A stretch of 20,000 bases of DNA, taken from the IMG/VR virus record IMGVR_UViG_3300020020_000004, one strand, 5' to 3'. The stretch comes from an uncultured virus (IMG/VR IMGVR_UViG_3300020020_000004) (taxonomy: Duplodnaviria > Heunggongvirae > Uroviricota > Caudoviricetes). Made by a program: the position numbers and the translations under genes. This document shows, one piece after another, positions 14,965-20,000 of this stretch (position 1 is its first letter; each line of letters opens with the position of its first letter). Under the pieces are notes generated by a model. The model saw nothing but the letters and a program-made list of their open reading frames with translations. It did no database searches and was not told the origin of the DNA.

Positions 14965-15546
14965 TCAAGCAGCCGGCTGAGTGGGCGGAGACGCCGTCTG
15001 CGGTGCCGCAGGAGCGGTCGGGGCCGGAGTCGGAGGGATCATCCCGGACAGACCGTGGAACTTCTTCCAACGGGGGTATTCCGCCTTGATGTTGCCCTCG
15101 TTCAGATGCGAATAGCGGGGAAGCGCAGCACGAATCTCCGCAGCGGCAACAGGAGCGCCCTTCTGCTGAGACAGGTGATCGAACATCGCCCACGCCTTGC
15201 CGCACTCGCCTTCCGCCTTCGGCCGACGGATTCCGTTCTGCTCCGGCTGCTTCGCCTGCTCCTTCTGAGCCTGCTTGGCGGCCTTCGCTTCGTTCTTGGC
15301 GAGCACCGCAGCGGCCTTGGCATCTTCCTTGGCCTTCTTCTCGGCCTGCTTCGCTGCCTTGGCAGCTTCCTTCGCCTCGGCGGCAGCATTCTTCTGCGCG
15401 TCCTTGGCAGCCTTGGCAGCTTCCTTCTCTGCCTTCTTCGCTGCGGCTTCCTGAGCCTTCACGTCAGGCGCACCAGCTGCGGGAGCGGCTGTGGGAGCGT
15501 CTGCTGACGGAGGGGTAGCCCACGCGGGATCGGTCTGTTGGTTCAT
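14965..15546 (-). CDS. Ala/Lys-rich putative DNA-binding protein with globular C-terminal domain
   Basis: Repeated EAAKAAK-type units, then EQNGIRRPK...CGKAWAMFD...YPRWKKFHG; AAGGAG RBS; strongly G/C-ending codons. Confidence 0.8.
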   Translation of the reverse strand: MNQQTDPAWATPPSADAPTAAPAAGAPDVKAQEAAAKKAEKEAAKAAKDAQKNAAAEAKEAAKAAKQAEKKAKEDAKAAAVLAKNEAKAAKQAQKEQAKQPEQNGIRRPKAEGECGKAWAMFDHLSQQKGAPVAAAEIRAALPRYSHLNEGNIKAEYPRWKKFHGLSGMIPPTPAPTAPAAPQTASPPTQPAA

Positions 15547-15580
15547 GTTGGATCTCCTTACTCTGTGTTACAATAGAACA

Positions 15581-15609
15581 TACATATTACAATACGCCGC
15601 AGATTGCAA
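15581..15609 (-). promoter_or_regulatory. Possible sigma70-type promoter P4
   Basis: cTTGCAA (15609-15604) followed by AT-rich TAATATGTATG (-10 register ambiguous); spacer ATCTGCGGCGTA resembles the P1 spacer ATCTGCTGTGTA. Confidence 0.45.
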
Positions 15610-15635
15610 GGACGATTTTAGCTCTATTTTTGTCG

Positions 15636-15676
15636 AAATAAAAAGACAGAGCGGAGAGCGATCCCCGCACTGTCTT
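15636..15676 (-). terminator. Rho-independent terminator after the DUF932 gene
   Basis: Minus strand: AAGACAGtGCGGGGA-tcgc-TCTCCGCtCTGTCTT stem running into TTTTTATTT. Confidence 0.8.
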
Positions 15677-15688
15677 GTGTTGTATCAG

Positions 15689-16648
15689 TTAGGAGACCAT
15701 CTCCATCAATTTCCCTTTGACCTTGTCCTTCATCTTGCCGGCTTCACCCAGCCAGCTATTGAACAAGCGGGAGTCTTTGGAGTTGCCTGCCATATGATCG
15801 GCCCAGAACGTGACACCGTTCAGAACGCCCCAGCCATTGCCTGGAGTTGCACCAGGCGCCTTTTCAGTTGCCCAAAGAACTTTCTGAAGCCGTGCGGAGC
15901 GTGCGTCCGGCTCGTTGATCAGTTCTTCGATATTGTGCTCGGTGTTATTCGGAAGCGCAGGTTGAAAGAACTCCGCCAGAACGCGCAATGTATCGTACTG
16001 ACTCATCTTCAACTGCTGCAGAGCCAGGGAATCCAGTTCCATCTTGGCAACTTCTTCCTTCACGAGTTGCACAGATGCCTTGGCGGCAGAGGTATCGAAG
16101 TTATAGATGTGGCTCTGACGATACTCTGCGTTCTTGCCCTGAACCCCGCCGGCCATCGCTAATGTATTAGCGCACACGACGCGAACCGTTGTGGTTCGAA
16201 CAGTGCTTGCCTTTCCAACTTCGTGCGGCGACACCAGAAGGATATAAGCCTTCACAGCGTCGCGCCCAGGAAGTATAAAGCCAGCAGAGACGCGCGCCAA
16301 CGCCCAGATGATCCTTCCACCGCGTAACGAGCCGGCTGTCTCAAGTGTACAGCCTCCGACGCTAGTCCATTCCCGGAAGAACTCCATCGCATCCTTGTTT
16401 TGGAAAGGACGCCAATTCATACCGGTGACAGTCAGAACTCTCTTATCCGTACTGCGTACCAGCGCCTTGCGCTCCACAGGCACCTGTTTGCCATCGACGT
16501 TGATGAAACAGGGAATCTCTTCCACTGTCCAATTGAGGCCAGCGGCGACTAACATCTCATCGCAGGTGATATTTCCTTCGACGCGATTGCCGAGACCGTG
16601 CCATGGAACTTCGTGTGCCCAGGCCATTGTTTCTACTTCGTGGGACAT
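15689..16648 (-). CDS. DUF932/DUF945-family phage/plasmid protein (TIGR03299-like)
   Basis: MSHEVETMA...PWHGLG, AGLNW, QN..AMEF, ETAGSLRGG, VRVVCANTL and WGVLNGVT motifs. Confidence 0.88.
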   Translation of the reverse strand: MSHEVETMAWAHEVPWHGLGNRVEGNITCDEMLVAAGLNWTVEEIPCFINVDGKQVPVERKALVRSTDKRVLTVTGMNWRPFQNKDAMEFFREWTSVGGCTLETAGSLRGGRIIWALARVSAGFILPGRDAVKAYILLVSPHEVGKASTVRTTTVRVVCANTLAMAGGVQGKNAEYRQSHIYNFDTSAAKASVQLVKEEVAKMELDSLALQQLKMSQYDTLRVLAEFFQPALPNNTEHNIEELINEPDARSARLQKVLWATEKAPGATPGNGWGVLNGVTFWADHMAGNSKDSRLFNSWLGEAGKMKDKVKGKLMEMVS

Positions 16649-16700
16649 TTTCTAACTCCGTTGTTGGTGTAGCGTTGATAGGAACTGCTACTGCCCCACT

Positions 16701-16730
16701 ATTAATGCACGTATCTTCGCCTCAATGCAA
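16701..16730 (-). promoter_or_regulatory. Sigma70-type promoter P5
   Basis: cTTGCAT (16730-16725), 18 bp spacer, TGc-extended ATTAAT (16706-16701); shares ACGTGCAwTAAT with P1. Confidence 0.65.
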
Positions 16731-16738
16731 GCACTATT

Positions 16739-16807
16739 TTACCTCAAGAAAAGCCAACGCGCAATCAAGAGAAATATAATAAGAAGAATGAGCCAGAGGA
16801 GAAACAT
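16739..16807 (-). CDS. 22-aa single-transmembrane mini-protein (absent from the ORF track)
   Basis: MFLLWLILLIIFLLIARWLFLR; TAATG overlap with the upstream stop at 16807. Confidence 0.5.
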   Translation of the reverse strand: MFLLWLILLIIFLLIARWLFLR

Positions 16808-17070
16808 TATTTTTTCTCGAGCATTGACCACGCCGCACGAAGTTCTCTCGCTGCTGGATTTGATCCAACCTCAATGAGCTCGTCGATGGTTGGTTTACGC
16901 ATCTGACAATCGGCAGTCAATATGTTCCACTCACCGCAACCGATACACAACATGTAATCGCCTGCCTTAGGTACGCTATGTTGTGTTTTTGATGTAGCAG
17001 TAGCAAGATCAAATATCTTACCACATGTCGTACATACACCAGGTAGTTCGACACTATGTAAATCTTCCAT
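16807..17070 (-). CDS. Zn-finger-like hypothetical protein
   Basis: CTTC...CIGC pair; start ATG 17070 (TAATG overlap). Confidence 0.65.
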   Translation of the reverse strand: MEDLHSVELPGVCTTCGKIFDLATATSKTQHSVPKAGDYMLCIGCGEWNILTADCQMRKPTIDELIEVGSNPAARELRAAWSMLEKK

Positions 17071-17342
17071 TATGAGTTTCCTGATCGTTCTGATTCTGGT
17101 GCAGGTCCGATGTCCCAAGTGTCGGGACGATCTCCAGTGACGTCTTCGATGGCGTTAGCCAACACTTTTTGCATTAGAGCTTGGAATTCTTCTCTCATCT
17201 TAGGATCTTGTTTGACTGCACCAATTGAGATGGAACCGATCAACTTTGCGCGATCCATGGTATCAGGAAGTGCCAGATAGGCATTCCAGAATACACCTTC
17301 CTCGCGCATGGCAAGGCGTATCTTCATCTTCTTTGTGCTCAT
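17070..17342 (-). CDS. Hypothetical protein
   Basis: 90 aa with RLAMREEG.FWNAY and PAPESERSG; tight packing. Confidence 0.7.
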   Translation of the reverse strand: MSTKKMKIRLAMREEGVFWNAYLALPDTMDRAKLIGSISIGAVKQDPKMREEFQALMQKVLANAIEDVTGDRPDTWDIGPAPESERSGNS

Positions 17343-17343
17343 C

Positions 17344-17565
17344 TTATTTTCCTACGTCATTTGTTATCGTCACTGCACCGTGGAACGGAACGTAATTGTC
17401 CGGTCTTTGCATCTGCCACGGTCTACCGATATCATCGTGGTTTCCAACGACCCATCCCATATTACTCGAATAGAATAGAAGGAGCGCCCCAGTTGTGGTA
17501 TGTTTCATAATCATCGGGTATGAAACACACTCAGGGTGAACAACGATATGCGATTTAACAGCCAT
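17344..17565 (-). CDS. Hypothetical protein
   Basis: Start ATG 17565 (MAVKSH), 1 bp after the thyX stop, with GGGAG RBS. Confidence 0.6.
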   Translation of the reverse strand: MAVKSHIVVHPECVSYPMIMKHTTTGALLLFYSSNMGWVVGNHDDIGRPWQMQRPDNYVPFHGAVTITNDVGK

Positions 17566-17566
17566 T

Positions 17567-18229
17567 TCACTTCTCCCATGCTTTGATACAGACTGGTACA
17601 ATCGAACGTGCCAACTCACGCATTACGTCAGCATAGACACGTATTTCATACTGCGCATGTTGATCACAACGCAGTGTTAGAAATCTCATCAAATTCAACA
17701 GATCGACCGTTGCGAACATGTGGCTGTAGGTTGCCACAGGAAGGACGGAACGTGCCAGCTCTCGGGGAACTCCATCTTCAAGTAGCATACGATAGGCACG
17801 AAATGCGTGCTCGCAAGTTGCTTTGATGTGGGCAGCGGCAACTGGGTCGGGTTCTCCCTGAGCTCGTGCCTGCTTGGTGTCCTTTGACTGTGTGCCAATG
17901 TGTTCGGGTCTCGGAACATAGAACTCTTCAGGGAGCGGCTTGTAGCGTGCCGACAATTCGTTGTAGCTCCAGGTTCGATGTCGATGCCATTGACGTAGTA
18001 CGAAGATAGGCGCCTTCACTTCGAAGGTAAAGACCACAGCTTCGAATGGGGTTGTGTGGTGATTGCGCCAGAGATAATTGATCAGCTTCTCGTCGCCACT
18101 TTGATCCTCACCCGCACGCCAAGCAGCGTCATATGACACCCGAGCGGCGCGAACCACGGAGAGATCATTACCCATACTGTCGACCAGGCGAACGAAACCA
18201 TGATCGAGAACGTCAATCTTTTCTACCAT
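17567..18229 (-). CDS. thyX: Flavin-dependent thymidylate synthase
   Basis: VVRAARVSY, HTTPFE, RQWHRHRTWSYNELSARY (RHRx7S), ELARSVLP and HAQYEIR; start ATG 18229. Confidence 0.95.
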   Translation of the reverse strand: MVEKIDVLDHGFVRLVDSMGNDLSVVRAARVSYDAAWRAGEDQSGDEKLINYLWRNHHTTPFEAVVFTFEVKAPIFVLRQWHRHRTWSYNELSARYKPLPEEFYVPRPEHIGTQSKDTKQARAQGEPDPVAAAHIKATCEHAFRAYRMLLEDGVPRELARSVLPVATYSHMFATVDLLNLMRFLTLRCDQHAQYEIRVYADVMRELARSIVPVCIKAWEK

Positions 18230-18678
18230 TGGAGTCTTTCCAGTTTCCAGTAACCATAGACGCAACGTCTGCCACCTCGGGATGGGTCGTGGGTATCGTG
18301 AATGACCCCGTCGATCACTGCGGTAAGATGCTTGCTGACGGACACTACCAGTCCCCCGGACGGTAGTTCGTTTGCCCGCAAATGAACTCTACAACCAGAC
18401 CCGATAAACATGGTCGGAGTCCAGATGAAGTTAAGACTCTCCATGTAGCGTTTGAACAGAACACTCTGGGTATAGATACCATAGAATGCGCTGTGAAGAC
18501 CTGCTGTTCGACGACCCCTAGTCTTGGGCATCGTAGCATTAATCCATGCCATATCACTATAGACTTTAGAATACGGTATGTTCGTGACAATAGCAATCGA
18601 ACGGGTGACACAATCGCCTGCCTTACCTGTATATCCGTAGGCGGCGCGACCTCCATCGTTTCTGATCCAATGCGTCAT
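18223..18678 (-). CDS. Conserved phage protein with candidate Cys-His-Asp triad (papain/C39-like)
   Basis: NDGGR, GDCVTRSIAI, SKHLTAVIDGVIHDT and CVYGYW; start ATG 18678. Confidence 0.7.
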   Translation of the reverse strand: MTHWIRNDGGRAAYGYTGKAGDCVTRSIAIVTNIPYSKVYSDMAWINATMPKTRGRRTAGLHSAFYGIYTQSVLFKRYMESLNFIWTPTMFIGSGCRVHLRANELPSGGLVVSVSKHLTAVIDGVIHDTHDPSRGGRRCVYGYWKLERLQW

Positions 18679-18718
18679 GCTTGTGGTGTTCCGTTGTATG
18701 CGATAACACCACAAGCAT
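18677..18718. repeat. Perfect 14-bp inverted repeat spanning the P6 -10 box and the start codon
   Basis: ATGCTTGTGGTGTT (18677-18690), 14 bp loop, AACACCACAAGCAT (18705-18718). Confidence 0.85.
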
Positions 18719-18742
18719 AGCAGCTTCTTAATGGTGGTGCAA
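18714..18742 (-). promoter_or_regulatory. Sigma70-type promoter P6
   Basis: cTTGCAC (18742-18737), 17 bp spacer, TGc-extended TATGCT (18719-18714). Confidence 0.7.
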
Positions 18743-18748
18743 GCCGAT

Positions 18749-19138
18749 TTATGGCTCGTTGGCCAGATCGATCTCTGAATGATTTTCGAACTCTATTTCA
18801 AGCTCGGCTGGGAATTCGATAGTTACTTCTTCGAGTTCAGCACTCTCCCAGGAGCTAAGCCAAGCATCGACACCAGACCCAGTATCTCCTTCTTTCCAGT
18901 CGTCAGACTTGTCTTCAAAGTCTGCACGTTTTTCTTCAGCAACCGTTTCGACGAATGAACGCAACTCACCTAGATATTTATTGTATTCTTGTAACGCCTC
19001 TTGAAGCGATTCCACAATATCGTTCATCTCCTCGTTATAGGTGTTGATAGCTGTCGTGAGTTCGACGTGTTTCGCAGTGAGAGCGGTCTTTAGGCGTGCG
19101 AATTGGTCTTCCTCGTTCTTTGTCAGTTTGAAGGCCAT
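18749..19138 (-). CDS. Acidic coiled-coil hypothetical protein
   Basis: Start ATG 19138 (MAFKLTK) with AACGGAG RBS; helical N-terminal half and very Glu/Asp-rich C-terminal half (KSDDWKEGDTG motif). Confidence 0.75.
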   Translation of the reverse strand: MAFKLTKNEEDQFARLKTALTAKHVELTTAINTYNEEMNDIVESLQEALQEYNKYLGELRSFVETVAEEKRADFEDKSDDWKEGDTGSGVDAWLSSWESAELEEVTIEFPAELEIEFENHSEIDLANEP

Positions 19139-19151
19139 TATCTTTTCTCCG

Positions 19152-20000
19152 TTAGAATGGGATCTCTGCGTCCAGTTCGGTCTTCTGTAGTGTAGCCAGA
19201 GAGGTAGCGATCGTTGGAACCTCGTCTGACATCTCCTCCATTCCAAAGGCAGTGCCATCGAAACAGATAGCCATGATTTCTGGATATGGATTCTTGTTAA
19301 CCCAGACACGGATGTGCGTTGGGTGATTGATTTCTTCGAGGCGAGTGAGTCCCTCGTTAACTGTGGTTGGAACAGGATTGTTTAACGTATCGTTCCATTT
19401 TGATTTCATTCTCACCTTCCACCAAGCTCGCGCACGACGCTGGGCGAAGGCATTACTGTTCTCGAATGTTACGAATTCGGTGTACATCTTTAGGCCACAG
19501 TAGTATGAGACGCGCATCGACACAGAACCTCCGCCGTGCTTTTCATGCCGTGCTGCGCTGATGTGGTCCACCTTGAAAACTTTCGTTATAGGCAGCTCTC
19601 CCTTCAACGGGCTGATCGAGCTTGCTGTCTGCACGATATTGAGCTGGAATTTGAATTCGTTGCCACAATGTGGGCAGATGCGAACGCTGGCGTGAACGTA
19701 GGTCTGGCAGACATCGCAGAGTTTGACCGGTGCGTCCCGCGTTCCTTTCGACTTAGGAGGCTCGGGAATTACGGGGTCATTGATTGGCCCCAAGCGGCGC
19801 GTGTTACCAGCGTAGTCTAGAACTAAACAGTCGAGCTTGCCACTGGCTTTAATCGCAGCCATGCGCTGTTCTAGCGTCTCGCTGTTATGTCCAGGAGGAT
19901 AGACAGGTCGTGTGCCTCGCCCTAACATCTGGACCCACAACACTGTGGACATAGTTGGACGCAGGACAATAATCATATCCACTGTCGGATCGTCATAGCC
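19152..20000 (-). CDS. Superfamily 2 helicase (RadD/YejH-like), C-terminal part; truncated by the window edge
   Basis: Frame is open to 20000: GYDDPTVD (motif V), QMLGRGTR (motif VI), VLDYAGN..RLG and a CDVC...CPHC Zn finger. Confidence 0.9.
   Translation of the reverse strand, partial: GYDDPTVDMIIVLRPTMSTVLWVQMLGRGTRPVYPPGHNSETLEQRMAAIKASGKLDCLVLDYAGNTRRLGPINDPVIPEPPKSKGTRDAPVKLCDVCQTYVHASVRICPHCGNEFKFQLNIVQTASSISPLKGELPITKVFKVDHISAARHEKHGGGSVSMRVSYYCGLKMYTEFVTFENSNAFAQRRARAWWKVRMKSKWNDTLNNPVPTTVNEGLTRLEEINHPTHIRVWVNKNPYPEIMAICFDGTAFGMEEMSDEVPTIATSLATLQKTELDAEIPF

Noticed and set aside
14884..16655. Long plus-strand ORFs (14884-15507, 15491-16162, 16308-16655)
   Set aside because: Antisense shadows of GC3-biased minus-strand genes; no recognisable motifs or RBS
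3..19820. All other plus-strand ORFs and nested out-of-frame minus-strand ORFs in the track
   Set aside because: They overlap well-supported minus-strand genes that already tile the window with 1-4 bp junctions
1..20000. tRNA, rRNA, CRISPR array, integrase/att site, intron or intein
   Set aside because: No cloverleaf, repeat-spacer periodicity or integrase motif seen; pol, thyX and the visible helicase part are uninterrupted

Overview
This window is a 20 kb segment of a tailed dsDNA bacteriophage genome. Every credible gene is on the minus strand and tightly packed, with ATGA/TAATG overlaps. In the direction of transcription (20000 to 1) it begins with the C-terminal part of an SF2 helicase, small hypotheticals, thyX, a DUF932 protein and an Ala/Lys-rich putative DNA-binding protein. 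Next comes a complete 7-deazaguanine DNA-modification cluster (queE, gat-queC fusion, queD, folE, dpdA-like transglycosylase), predicting dG+ (2'-deoxyarchaeosine) in the phage DNA. The cluster carries three extra embedded genes, one an NDT/DNPH1-like N-glycosidase. It runs directly into a beta sliding clamp, a family B DNA polymerase and an Hjc-type resolvase. The rest is a run of small accessory genes (Lar-like, solo LuxR HTH, Arc/RHH-like, MazG-like, Zn-binding and membrane mini-proteins). The architecture recalls 9g/Seurat/NP1-type (Queuovirinae-like) phages. The host cannot be determined here; hints of an alphaproteobacterium are weak. Six sigma70-type promoters with a shared cTTG(C/A)-type -35, a recurring AACGGAG Shine-Dalgarno context, one terminator and several unannotated small ORFs were read from the sequence. 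All family calls come from motif recognition, not database searches.
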